DNA from: Cladosporium halotolerans
Lineage: Eukaryota
Direction of reading: 5' to 3'
Length of the DNA stretch: 58,076 nucleotides
NCBI RefSeq assembly: GCF_011745625.1
Contig: NW_027191464.1
Coordinates: 558,001 to 616,076 of the forward strand
Shown: positions 11,969 through 22,735 of the stretch, in pieces
Layout: every line of letters starts with the position of its first letter
Numbering within the stretch: the first letter of the stretch is position 1
Translations under genes and position numbers: made by a program
Notes under the pieces: generated by a model
Seen by the model: only the letters and a program-made list of their open reading frames with translations
Told to the model about the DNA's origin: nothing
Databases searched by the model: none

Positions 11969-12693
11969 GGACGAATCGTACTGATTCGATGGAGGCGGAG
12001 AGGTTTGTGCGGTACTCGTCGCTTGGACTGATTGGTTTGGTAGGTGGTTGCAACAATCGGACGATTCCATGCATCTTGCAAGCAGACAGGACCTGTGTAA
12101 TTCTAGTCATCGAGTCTGGCCAAAGGTCTGCAGCAGAAAGCAGGGGTCCTTGGTGATGAGGTCGTTTCGACCATCACGGCCAGGATGCCGAGGATCTACA
12201 AGAAGGCATTGGCCGAGTGCCACGTGAAGGGGTGTGGTTGTGTGCGAACTCGATCAAAAGCTCGGAGTTGAGCTATCACCAGAAGTCAGCCTCGTCATGA
12301 ATTGCGGTAAGAGTATGGATTGGCCCAAAACGTGTCAAGTGCACTGAGAGCGGCACCCGACTTCTGCACGCATGCAATTCGAGGATCGCGTCAAAGACCG
12401 GAATTAGCTCGCTTTCCTGGCTGCAGTTCGAATAGTCTCTTTGAATGGCGTATCGCGACCTCGAAACATTGCGCGCTGGTTGAGAAGCTTTCGTGATGCC
12501 GAGTGGCTATTGATACCGCTTCTTCGGGAGGCTCGATGCATCATGCTGTCAGCATCCCCAGCCTCAAGCTGTCGCACGGATGCTTCAGCTGAACGACCCA
12601 ACACGTCTCACGAGTGGGCCAAGTTTATCAATTTGATCAAATTCAGCAATTTGATAACTTATTAGTCGTTATTCTGTGTGAAAGCAAACAAAC

Positions 12694-14240
12694 ATGCTTG
12701 CTGCCCGGTGCATTGCTGGCTACGTGCTGTCCTTTGTGATCACGGGCCAGATAGCGGACGGCCGACATATCCTGGGTTGGGAAAATCATGCAGAAACTGA
12801 ACGCAAGGAGTCATCGCGACACGCGCTTTCAGGATTAAATGACCAAGTCGCAGAAGTCTCCAATGGTTGGGAGAAAGATGAAGATTTGTTCTGGGCCTTA
12901 ACGACGAGCGATGGCCTGCGTGCAAGCGATGGCTTTCAACCAGAGCAGTTCAGGACTGGTGGCTTTCCACATATGGTGCTTGGCCACCCTAGGAATCGTT
13001 CGCAGCTCAGATCTGAACGATCACCACAAATCGTGCTCGGCCAGCTTGTCGATGGTTTGGAAGTCCGCCCTGAAAAGCTCTCAGTACAAAGCACCGATCA
13101 TCCAGCAAACCTTGAGCTGTACATGTCGACCATAGGCGGCTACCCGGTTTTCCACACGCCGGTGGCAGTGGGCGAGCCTGCTCAGCCCTTCAAAGCCTGG
13201 CTCAACCCGCACCTGAACGGTCTATATGTCCGGTCCTCGACTTGCTCGAAGAGAGATTGCGGTCGAGGTTTTACCTACGATGCGACAAAGTCTACGACTA
13301 GAAGTTCTTTGGAAAGAAGATTCGAGGTCGAGCCGAGAGGCTGGAGAGTGGGTGGGAACGTCTCGACCGACACGCTGCATCTTGGAAGTGTGGATGTAAA
13401 GGGTGCGATGGTGGGCGAGATCGATAAATACGAGGGCGAGGAACTGTTCTTCTTCGTTATGGAATTCGTCGTCGATGGGTAAGCCGCATCGCCTGGTCTG
13501 CTCATCTGCCTTCATTCTGACAATGATAGTGCTCTTGGTATCGCGCGGCCGAACGATACGGCGCGAGCGTACCGGCCTCTAAGCGCACCGAACCCACTTT
13601 TCGACTTGATAAGAAGCCGTGCTGTCGCACACAACGCGCTCACTTTGACTCTTCCCAGAAGCACTGATGAGCGTGGGGCTATTCAAGTCGGTCTTCCGCG
13701 GCAGCCGGTAAAAGGAATCACCCGTCTCCCATTTGAAAACCAATAGTCACCAGGCCTGGCTCATTCATGGCACGTGGCGCTCGACTCCGTGTCTCTCGTG
13801 GGCCATCCGGATCTTCACATACCTCTAAAGTGTGTCTTCGGAAGAATTGATTTGGAACCTAGCATCGGACTCCCTCGTGAGGTTGCGAAGCGCGTATGGG
13901 AAAAACTCGGTGCGAAACCCAACAAGCTCTGGCGTGGCGGCGTGATCGATTGCGAGGCCCGCAAGAGTCTGCCGGATCTGGTATTGAATGTAGGTGGCCA
14001 CAAAGTGGCTTTGGCCAGGGATGAATACAGTTCTGAGCAGCATGTCTATGGTTATGCTGTGTGCATTGTTGCTATCGTGCCGACCGCGGAAGAGGATGTA
14101 GCGGTCCTTGGAACAAACTTTCTGAACAAGTTTCATACCGTCATTGACATTGATGAGCATGAATTGGGATGTGAGTGTCCACCGCTTGTCTACTCTTGAG
14201 TATGTGCTGATGATTCGCAGTGATTGACCGAGAAGATTGA
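12694..14240 (+). pseudogene. Pepsin-like (A1) aspartic protease homologue with degenerate active site and an in-frame premature stop
   Basis: Signal peptide plus pepsin landmarks (VAVGEPAQPF, YDATKSTT, GNVSTDTLHLG, VDGALGI, IDCEARKSLPDL, VLGTNFLNKFHTVID). Introns 13479-13529 and 14171-14220. In-frame TAG at 13744-13746. Neither DTG motif is intact (LNPHLN; IDLEPS). Confidence 0.72.
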
Positions 14241-14480
14241 AACTACGAGCGGCTGGCCTTTTATTCACACTAGGAATGCCCGTAACAGTAGAAGACATGA
14301 GGTTACTTATCTGGACGTGGTGTCACTTGCTCCACGCTGCCTTGAATAACGGTTCAGATTCTGCTTCCATAGAGTTGAAGGCTTTGAAATCTGAACAGTT
14401 GGCGATTCGCATGTGAAGCGAAGTGAGTACGCCGACATCCGGAGTAGTCACAGATGATCAACAACGACACAGAATGGATG

Positions 14481-15373
14481 TTAATAAACCTTTGGAGCGC
14501 TGCAAATCCCGACAAAAACTTCGTCAACTTCGTTGATGATTCCTTCGTCGTCTGCCAACTTAGTAAACTCGTTCACGAACAATTTCCACGCTTGGCAACG
14601 AGAGGGCTCTTTCGCCATGCAAGCGCCGAATCTCCCATTCACTTGAGCGTCGAAAACAAGTCTTGCATCGTCGATAGTATAGGTTGAGGACGTCGGGGCT
14701 CATCATCATCACTGAGGACGAATGCTTGTAAATCGTGCGAGCCATCACGCGAGCTCAGCTGTGACATGCGCGTTAACGTTGTACGGGTCATGCCCGCGGC
14801 CTGCATCATCGTGGCGAGGTATTTGGGCTGTTTGAAGGCATCGCGGTAAGATGGGACAGGTAGGTCCAGCCTCCGGCCAACACGCTCCAACACCATGCCA
14901 GGCAGAAGCGCCCTTGGGTGGGTTGCGTCGATGATGAAGCGGCTGCAAGGCCTGAGGTACTTCATCCATTGACTGAGGGCCGCTTCGGGCTGTGGCAGTA
15001 GGACTAGTGCAGATGCACAGGTGATCACGTCAAAAAGGCGTCCTCCCAATTCGTGGAGTGATCCAAGATCGGTTATCGAATGGTGAACGAGCTGAACGTT
15101 GCCAAACGGGTGAGCTTGGAGTTCAGCTCGAGCCTCTGCGAGCATGCCGGTACTGACGTCGATGCCCGTTACGTATCTTGATTTACCAACGAGATTGCTT
15201 GTATTGCAAGTCACCAAGCCTGTACCGCAGGCCAAGTCGAGTACGCTTTCGCCGGGTTGGGGGTTTGCAAGCTGGACTATGTGCGACGAGAAGCGTTTGT
15301 GGAAGCTGGCATCGTAGGTCTTTGCTCTTACGTCGTAGAGATCGTGCGCGTCCTTGACTTGGTTTCTCTTCAT
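14481..15373 (-). pseudogene. Class I SAM-dependent methyltransferase (UbiE/COQ5-like), frameshifted near 14690
   Basis: Motifs VLDLACGTG, GIDVSTGML and FDVITCASAL. The first frame stops at 14639, while a family-like C-terminus (YTIDDARLVFD...LFVNEFTKLADDEGIINEVDEVFVGIC) continues in another frame to TAA 14481-14483. Confidence 0.65.
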
Positions 15374-16167
15374 TATTGAGGAATCCTAGCTGAGACAGTA
15401 GGCCTTTTGTTGTAATACTCTAGACCAACACCGAATACCGACCGTCTATCTTCAAGCTCTCAGAGGAGCTTTTGTCGGCGTTCCAATTTGACTCCTGCCA
15501 TAATCAAACCGCAAATGTTTGAGACAAAGGAGACGTCGATTATTCATTACCGCTCATTACCGCCAATTTTAAATAATTACGAGTGATCTTGTAGAAGATG
15601 CCCTACAGTGCCTACATGTACTCTAAAGGCAGAGCGGAGCTTCAACGGATGACGTCAGAAAACATATATTGCCATCAATGTACATGTATATAATATAGAG
15701 CCCCATGTTCTTGAGTAACAAGGTGAATACAAACAGACCAGAGCAAAAGGACGACACCATTGATCATAATAAAGTATGATCTTGAGCAGAGATGAGGATG
15801 GAGGACGACAGTGGTGCGAGTCATGGGAAGATGTCTGCGCAAGTCTTGGGCTGGCTTTCCTGAATATCCGCCGTCAGCTTGCCGCGTCCCAGCCACCAGA
15901 CAACTCACGGCTCACTAGCTGCACCAATGCCACATCAGCAGGTTTTGCCTGACCGCAACAATCTCAAGTAGTATCATGAACATCGTACAAAGCTAGGTTG
16001 AACTTCTTTTCCTGTCAAATAATCCTACCAGACCGCCGGCGCAATTGAGCCGTCCTTTCAGCCGCCCAGCGACAACCCCAATATCGGCTTGTACGACCTG
16101 CTGGGAGCGACGCGCAGCCACCCGCCATCCTGGTCTACGCCTGCAGCACCTCGACCAGACCCCGGCA

Positions 16168-17643
16168 ATGCGAGACCTGCTTGCCCTCCCGGCGACGCTG
16201 CTGGCACTGGTCGCAACATCCGCCGCGAACAGCGAGAACCGCCCCCGAACCGCTGACTTACACCCTGACCACCAGAAGCACCTTAAGCGCGAACGGCAGG
16301 CACAAGAGCGGCTACAATGGCAGCAGCCCATAGGGATGCGGAAGATGAGTGGCGACGAGGGCGAGAAGTTCTTTTTACATTACTGGGATTTTGGCGACCG
16401 CTCGCCCGCGTCCGAGACATTTGACGAGGTCAAGGCGTTTGCGAATTCGTCGTTGGACCTGTCAGCACCCATCGCGCCGCACTTTGAAAGAGTACATACT
16501 TTCCGGAGGTTCCCTGGGTACGGTCTCTTCGCGCGAGACTGGGGTTCTTGTCCTTCTGGCACCAAGTCTTGCACTGAGATCGACAGACCGGATAGCTGCT
16601 GCAGTGAGAACGATGAGTGCATAAGAGTCGAGGATACCGGCAATGGAGACGTAGGCTGCTGCCCTCAGGGAGGAAGCTGTGGAAACTCTATTTCTGATTG
16701 TGACGAGAGCGCTGGGCAAACCAGCTGCCCGGAGAGTTCGAATAAAGGTTGTTGCATCGAGGGCTACTCCTGTTTTGACGTTGGATGCGTCTGGGCCAGC
16801 ACTCAAACTACCACTACCAATCTTCCGGTCGAGACGGTGACACAGGGGCAGACGAATAGCGAGCCCAGCCCCACGACCAGTGCTGACACAGAGACGGTTG
16901 GCCCAGCTGGAGGTGCCGGAGGCTCGACGTACACAACCACCATCGAGAACACTGTCACGGAAACTGCACCTGGCACAACGAGCGTTGGTACAGTGACCCA
17001 ACCAACGACTGTTACTGTCACGGAATCGCCTTCGGAAACCTCCGAGGAGCCGGCCGAGACTGAAACCTCCGAGGAGCAGCCCAGTTCAACTACTTCTTCC
17101 GACGATACAGCAGCACTGCCTCCCGCTCGTCCGACTGGCAGTTCCGACGCTAACAGCGTGACTACCACCTCGGAGGAAACCTCGCAAACCGGCGACAGCT
17201 GCCCGACTGGATTCTACATGTGCTCTGCGCACTACCTTGGTGGATGCTGCCGAGTCGGCCGTGACTGCGACACGACTTCGTGCCCGACGAGCGACAGTAC
17301 TGCAGTCGTCTCCAACGGCGTCACAATCGCAGGCGGCGGTGGCGTCGTCGCGTCAACGTCCACAACCACAGTCGGCGCTGATGGGTCTTCGACTCCTGCG
17401 GCGAGTACTGAAGAGAGCAGCATGGGCGGCTCGTGTGCCAACGGCTGGTTTATGTGCAGTGAGAACGATGGAGGTGGCTGCTGTCCGAACAACTACGCCT
17501 GCGGAGCCAGCTGCACGGCGACGGTCAGCGGCGTCAGTGACCAAGCTAAGCAGGCTCCGAGCAGTGCTGCTGCTGCCATGAGCTGGGCCTGGGGCTTTTT
17601 GACTCTTGCGCTGGGAACAGGGGTCGGGATGGTTTTGCTGTGA
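16168..17643 (+). CDS. Cys-rich, Ser/Thr-rich GPI-anchored cell-wall protein
   Basis: ATG 16168 with signal peptide MRDLLALPATLLALVATSAA; RKMSGDEGEKFFLHYW motif; repeated C-x-GGCC modules; S/T/E stalk; hydrophobic GPI-signal tail. Confidence 0.85.
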   Translation: MRDLLALPATLLALVATSAANSENRPRTADLHPDHQKHLKRERQAQERLQWQQPIGMRKMSGDEGEKFFLHYWDFGDRSPASETFDEVKAFANSSLDLSAPIAPHFERVHTFRRFPGYGLFARDWGSCPSGTKSCTEIDRPDSCCSENDECIRVEDTGNGDVGCCPQGGSCGNSISDCDESAGQTSCPESSNKGCCIEGYSCFDVGCVWASTQTTTTNLPVETVTQGQTNSEPSPTTSADTETVGPAGGAGGSTYTTTIENTVTETAPGTTSVGTVTQPTTVTVTESPSETSEEPAETETSEEQPSSTTSSDDTAALPPARPTGSSDANSVTTTSEETSQTGDSCPTGFYMCSAHYLGGCCRVGRDCDTTSCPTSDSTAVVSNGVTIAGGGGVVASTSTTTVGADGSSTPAASTEESSMGGSCANGWFMCSENDGGGCCPNNYACGASCTATVSGVSDQAKQAPSSAAAAMSWAWGFLTLALGTGVGMVLL

Positions 17644-18058
17644 TGATAGACTTTGGCAACACGACGAATAACGCTTGCACAGATTCCTGACGGATGGATC
17701 AAGGACAACGATTTCTTTGTAGATATACGAATGACATGACCTCCGATGTATATACTGCATTGTCTACAACGTCTCGAGATTGCGATCTCTGATAGCCTGC
17801 TACGATTTCATACCTACAGCGCCCTTAGAGCATCTCATTGTACAAGGATAATCGTTGTTAAACTATCGATCTATACCGACATTTTGCCTGAGCTTGCCGG
17901 CTGGCTCGGCTTCACATGTCAGAGAAGTGCAAGTGGAGCCCGTCCGTTTCCGTTCCAGGGACGCGGGGTCTGAATCTGGGGTCGGGTTGAATTGGACCAT
18001 CCCAGCTGTCAACACTCACTTGTACATTGTTCTCGTCTGTCATCAGCGATCGGTCACA

Positions 18059-19355
18059 ATGGTGTGTTCATTCTCATGCGATCCATGCGATCGGTTTCAA
18101 AGCTAACACGCGACAGTCGACCTCACGAGCTTCCTCGCGCAGCAAGAAGCGCAGCACAACCAACCTCGCAGACCTCCGTCTAGCACCGCTTTCGACGCGC
18201 TACGTTCCGGACAATAATAGGCCAAAACATGGCTCTACACCTAGGAGTCCGTACGAAGAAGCTGCAGATGCGACTTTCGCCCGTCACCATCCGACTTACA
18301 TGCAAGGTCGGTCTGCGCCTTCGTCGCCTGGCATCTTGAGTCGCAGCTCGAGCAGAAGACACCTGGGAGGCGGTCTGAGCCGACGGGGCTCTTTATATGA
18401 CGATGCAGCAACGGCGCCGGGTGTGGCCATCGTATATCCTGATAGCGCCAGGGAAGAAGCTATGCAGATGAGACGAGAGGGCAGTGGAACTATTGCAAAA
18501 GCCCAAAGTGAAGCCGCCCTGGGTCTCGGACGTCAGAACCAGCGACTCTCTGGCTACGGAGTTCCAGTCTCCCAGAAGAGGCTGGCACCGCCTCGAAGCA
18601 AGACTGCTTCGGCGAACACACCACGCGTGCGCAGCAGAGTGCGCCTCGCAGCTGCTGCGGAGGAAGACTGGCTCTCGCACGCCAGCGCCGCGACCAACGC
18701 ATTGCTGCAGGAGGCGCGCGGGCAGGCGTGGCTAACTTCGCGAGACTCGCCTGCTGCTTTGGCGCTGCCTTCTTCTGACGAGGATGACGAAGGCTATGAG
18801 GAAATGGCCGCCACTGCACGACTGGACTCGCCAATTAACGCCGGCACGCTCTCGCCTTCGAGCCCTACGGCTTACAGATGGGGTAGTCGCTTCGGCAGCA
18901 GGAATGGCAGTCGAAGGACGAGTCGGCGTGGCAGCTGCACAAACTTGCGCACGCCTCTGGCGACGGCGGGTCTGGATGCCCCGACGGGCTACTTTGATTT
19001 GCCAAATGCGGACTACCGCGACGCGAGCGCGGACTACATTGCCGAGGAGAGTGAAGACGACGCTACTGCAGGCGCGGCGGCGGACGAGCATGACGAAGCG
19101 GAGCTCACGAAGCTGGCGCAGAATCCTTCCATCGGGTTCGGCGGTATCTTTGAGCGCATCGCCGGTATGGGGTGGTTTGTCGGTGGGGAAAGCGAGGAGA
19201 GTGGCGTAGAGACGGATCTTGATGGGGAAGAAAGCAGGCGAAAATCAGCGCGTCCTCCTCCGCCGCCGCCTGTGCCGGGAGACGATGGCCAGCGCGTGGG
19301 TGTGTGGGAAGACGCGGCGTGGCTGTTAAGTGTTGCTGGGCGGGCGTTGACATGA
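18059..19355 (+). CDS. DUF3984-like fungal protein; first coding exon is only ATG
   Basis: ATG 18059-18061, intron 18062-18116 (GTGTGT...GCTAAC...CAG), then STSRASSRSKKRSTTNLADLRLAPLS, EARGQAWLTSRDS and the terminal WEDAAWLLSVA motif. Confidence 0.75.
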
Positions 19356-19451
19356 TGCTTTTTTCCAGGCTGGGTCGCTCCTTCCTTCTCAGCTGGGAGG
19401 ATCTATTCACTTACCGCCGCTCCTTCCTCATGCAACAAACAACATTTCACT

Positions 19452-19557
19452 TCCGATGTGGTCTAGTGGCTAGGATTTGTCGCTCTCAATCTTCGGTTCG
19501 TCAAGGACTGAGAGGATCAGTGCCGACAAGGCCGGGGTTCAATTCCCCGCGTCGGAA
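19452..19557 (+). tRNA. tRNA-Glu(CTC) with 34-nt intron (19489-19522)
   Basis: TCCGATG/CGTCGGA acceptor stem, D-arm GTCTAGTGGCTAGGA, anticodon stem TGTCG/CGACA with CT-CTC-A[intron]C, T-arm CGGGG-TTCAATT-CCCCG; mature length 72 nt. Confidence 0.95.
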
Positions 19558-20078
19558 TATCTTTTGTCAATTGATGTATGGTAGATAGGTACTTGCTGTC
19601 TGGACAGCATTGTCATTGCTTTTTGAGCGGCAGGGATGTGATTTGTTGGAAAATGGAGGATCGCTTCGTCGGATGAAATTTCGTGGTAACCGATCGTTAA
19701 AGGGATGAGTGATGAAGGAACCCTACCTCAACTCGCATTCAATGACGAGGGAAAGGATACATTCTCTTCTCAAACCGCATATATGCTATGAGTTACTTTA
19801 TAATAATGCGATATGTATACACCTGCGCGTTGTGAAGGCCTGTAACTCTGCGATCTTCCGCATTGAACGTACCGCAAAGCTGCGATAATACACTTACTGG
19901 TGGAGCTATCAGCTAAGCCCTTGATTTTTTTCTTTTCTAGAAAAAGGAGGTGAAGTCTAAGTTCCTCAAAGGGTTCTCAAAAGGCTATTGGATTGATGAA
20001 GTCTCGAAACGCTCGCGTATGGATCTGAGCACGGGACCTTGATCGCAAGACTTCTGCCACTATTACTTCCCTTCATCT

Positions 20079-21980
20079 TCATTGCCCGTCCCGAGGCTGC
20101 AAATACTCAACCCCATCCAGGATCGTCTTGAGAGTTCCGTTCGCTCGGAAGTGATTCTTCATAACGTCAATTGACATTCGAAAGCCATCCTCGCTCGTCA
20201 CTTGAGACGCTTCGTAGCGGCCGCGGTACGTCAGGTTCGAATGCCACTCCAAGTGATCTATTGTCAAATGCTCAAGATCCTCTGTCACCCGCTGTGTACC
20301 ATGCAGAAAGCTTTCGCCGTCGTCTGAAAAGTCGTGGTAGCTTACCGCTACTGTTCGTATTGCGGTCTGCGAATCGTTCTCGGTGAGAGATATACGCGCG
20401 TGGCCTGAATGCTGGCCTTTCAGCGTGTACACACCCGAGGGAGGATGTTTCCTTCTCGAAGGTGTCCTGCCTGGGAGATATGGTACAGCCCACGGAATGA
20501 TGTCTGGCATGGGTTCGACCGCTTGGGGCTGAAGGGGCTCACGACCGGCGAGGTGGGCGATCATGATGCGCTCCCGGCGCCCGCCTGGCTCAGTCGAATC
20601 ATAGCAAGGGAGAGGATTGTCGCCACCGCACGCTGGTGACACGGTCTGTGCCTGCCAATACACGATCTTCGTACCATCCGGCGAGAACCATGGGTCAGCT
20701 CTACCGTTCCACTCAGGGTCGTCTGGCAAGCCGGAGCCCGGTATTCCCGCTGAGGCGGAATTAATCTCTTGGCCGTAGTAACCCTCGCGGTCACCGTGCC
20801 GGTCTAGCAAGTACGGTTGGAAAAAGCGGCGTTGGCCGTTGTTGCGCACCGATGAGCAGGCCATGGTCGTCACGAGATCCGCGAGAGGTGGAATGCCCCG
20901 CATGCCCGCCATGAAAGTCGTGCGGTCGTTACTCCGCGTGTCCATTATCACCATAGATCCATCGTCAGGCGACATCTGAATCGGGTCTACGTAGCCCGGG
21001 TGGCTAGTGAGGCGCCGCACTCTGCCGGTTTGAAGATCGGCAGCGAAGACATCAATGTTGCAAGATTCATGTGGGTAGCCTAAGTATAGGACTTCGCGGC
21101 CTGTACCGCTGAAACCGCGCAGTTCGCCGATGGAGATGGCAGTACGGTCGATAGTGAGCTCATCGCCTTCTACGTTAATCGTCTGACTTGCGTCCGGGTT
21201 GTAAAGCTGGTTGATGTGGTCCAAGTCGTAGCGAGGACTGCGATTGGAGTTGGTAGTTGGTGAAGCATTAAATTGGAGCCGTGCGATGTACGCTTTCTGA
21301 TCCAGCCTGCCATCTGCAAAACTGAACACATTGAATCCAATGTGAACGTTGTCCGGATGTAGACGTAATTCGCGAAGGTCGGCACCGGGCCCAGAGCCAT
21401 CCGGGGTGTTCTCCAATCTTATGGGGTAGATCTGTGTTTGGATTGGGTCGCATTCTTCACTAATCAGCGAAGCTTCGCCACAGTCCACGATAAATCGACC
21501 AGCCAGGATTCGCCTGCCATCAGAGAAAGCCTGCGGGTACGAGAAGTCGGGAGAGTCAGGAACAACATCGTGATCGTTTGACAGCCCGCAGGTAATGCAT
21601 TTCCAAGAATCGCCGCTGGGAAAGAGCGTGTCATCGGCCTTGAGCACGATCACTTGGTTGCCTTCATAAATGCTTCGTGGGTCTGGCGAAGCAGGCGCTC
21701 CTGTGAATCTGATAGCCGCTACGATATGGTTCCCATCCGGTAGAAAGTTGCCCGCTTGCAGGCCAGTGGCTTGTCCGATGCATCCTGTGCCATGGCTATT
21801 CACGAAATTCGAACATGCGCCGGGGTCTGACGATTTCACTACCGGTGGAAGAGCTACAGAGGTGATTTCTATGGCTTCTGGGCGAGGTAGCTGATCGTTG
21901 AGGATTGATTGCTGGAGATTCGACCAATGGCCTTTTGCGATTGGTAAGCAAACAAGGAACCGTATGAAGTTGGAGAGCAT
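20079..21980 (-). CDS. Secreted saponin hydrolase-like protein
   Basis: Intronless ORF of about 633 aa from MLSNFIRFLVCLPIAKG (signal peptide). Motifs GNFLPDGNH, WKCITCG, YPQAFSDG, LRELRLHPD, GELRGFSG and RRLTSHPGYVDP resemble fungal soyasaponin hydrolases. Confidence 0.75.
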   Translation of the reverse strand: MLSNFIRFLVCLPIAKGHWSNLQQSILNDQLPRPEAIEITSVALPPVVKSSDPGACSNFVNSHGTGCIGQATGLQAGNFLPDGNHIVAAIRFTGAPASPDPRSIYEGNQVIVLKADDTLFPSGDSWKCITCGLSNDHDVVPDSPDFSYPQAFSDGRRILAGRFIVDCGEASLISEECDPIQTQIYPIRLENTPDGSGPGADLRELRLHPDNVHIGFNVFSFADGRLDQKAYIARLQFNASPTTNSNRSPRYDLDHINQLYNPDASQTINVEGDELTIDRTAISIGELRGFSGTGREVLYLGYPHESCNIDVFAADLQTGRVRRLTSHPGYVDPIQMSPDDGSMVIMDTRSNDRTTFMAGMRGIPPLADLVTTMACSSVRNNGQRRFFQPYLLDRHGDREGYYGQEINSASAGIPGSGLPDDPEWNGRADPWFSPDGTKIVYWQAQTVSPACGGDNPLPCYDSTEPGGRRERIMIAHLAGREPLQPQAVEPMPDIIPWAVPYLPGRTPSRRKHPPSGVYTLKGQHSGHARISLTENDSQTAIRTVAVSYHDFSDDGESFLHGTQRVTEDLEHLTIDHLEWHSNLTYRGRYEASQVTSEDGFRMSIDVMKNHFRANGTLKTILDGVEYLQPRDGQ

Positions 21981-22735
21981 CTTAAAAAAGCAAATGATAT
22001 CTTGAAGCCGTTGCCGAAGACTTCGCATGAGATGGAGAGTCCATGACTATTATACAAGACCCACTTGATCAATGAGACCCGTACTCCATCGAGGGTGTCA
22101 AGAGAACAGACACGAACGCGAGGCTCGGGCTCATTGCGAACCAGGGCGGAGCGGAGCGGCTTTGCCCCAGGGTCCAGTTCTTGGGATGTGGCTGGGCCAT
22201 CGGTACGAAGCAATACGGATAAAAGTGCAGACCGCAACTAAAAAAGCACGAAACTCGTAGTTGAGTTTTGTATACAGGCACAATCAGGATTCCAGTAGCA
22301 CTTAGATCGATTCCGAGTGCCAACTTGCATACATCCTCCCATGTAACCGTCCTTACCACAAATCACCCAAACTCATCTCTGAAGCATGATATGCCAACAT
22401 CAAACCGAGAGCAATCATTACAGAAAGAGCGAAAAGACTACGAGTGATCATACACGTCACACAAGGGAAAAGCAGCATCCGGTAAGGAACATTATTGTTG
22501 CGTGCTAATACATGCGACACACGACCTCGGCCACCAATGCCCCGCTTTGAACGCTTCGCCTATCTCACCCTATCACCAGCGGGACGAGTGCTTATGGAGA
22601 TGCATCTCGAGAAACGCAAGAGTTTAGTAGTAACACATAGCATTTGAGCATATCAGTGTGCAGAAACAAATCGCAGAGTCTCACCGGAAAGTCATCATGC
22701 GTGTCTTCGAATACCACGGGCAACCTACCTCTGGA

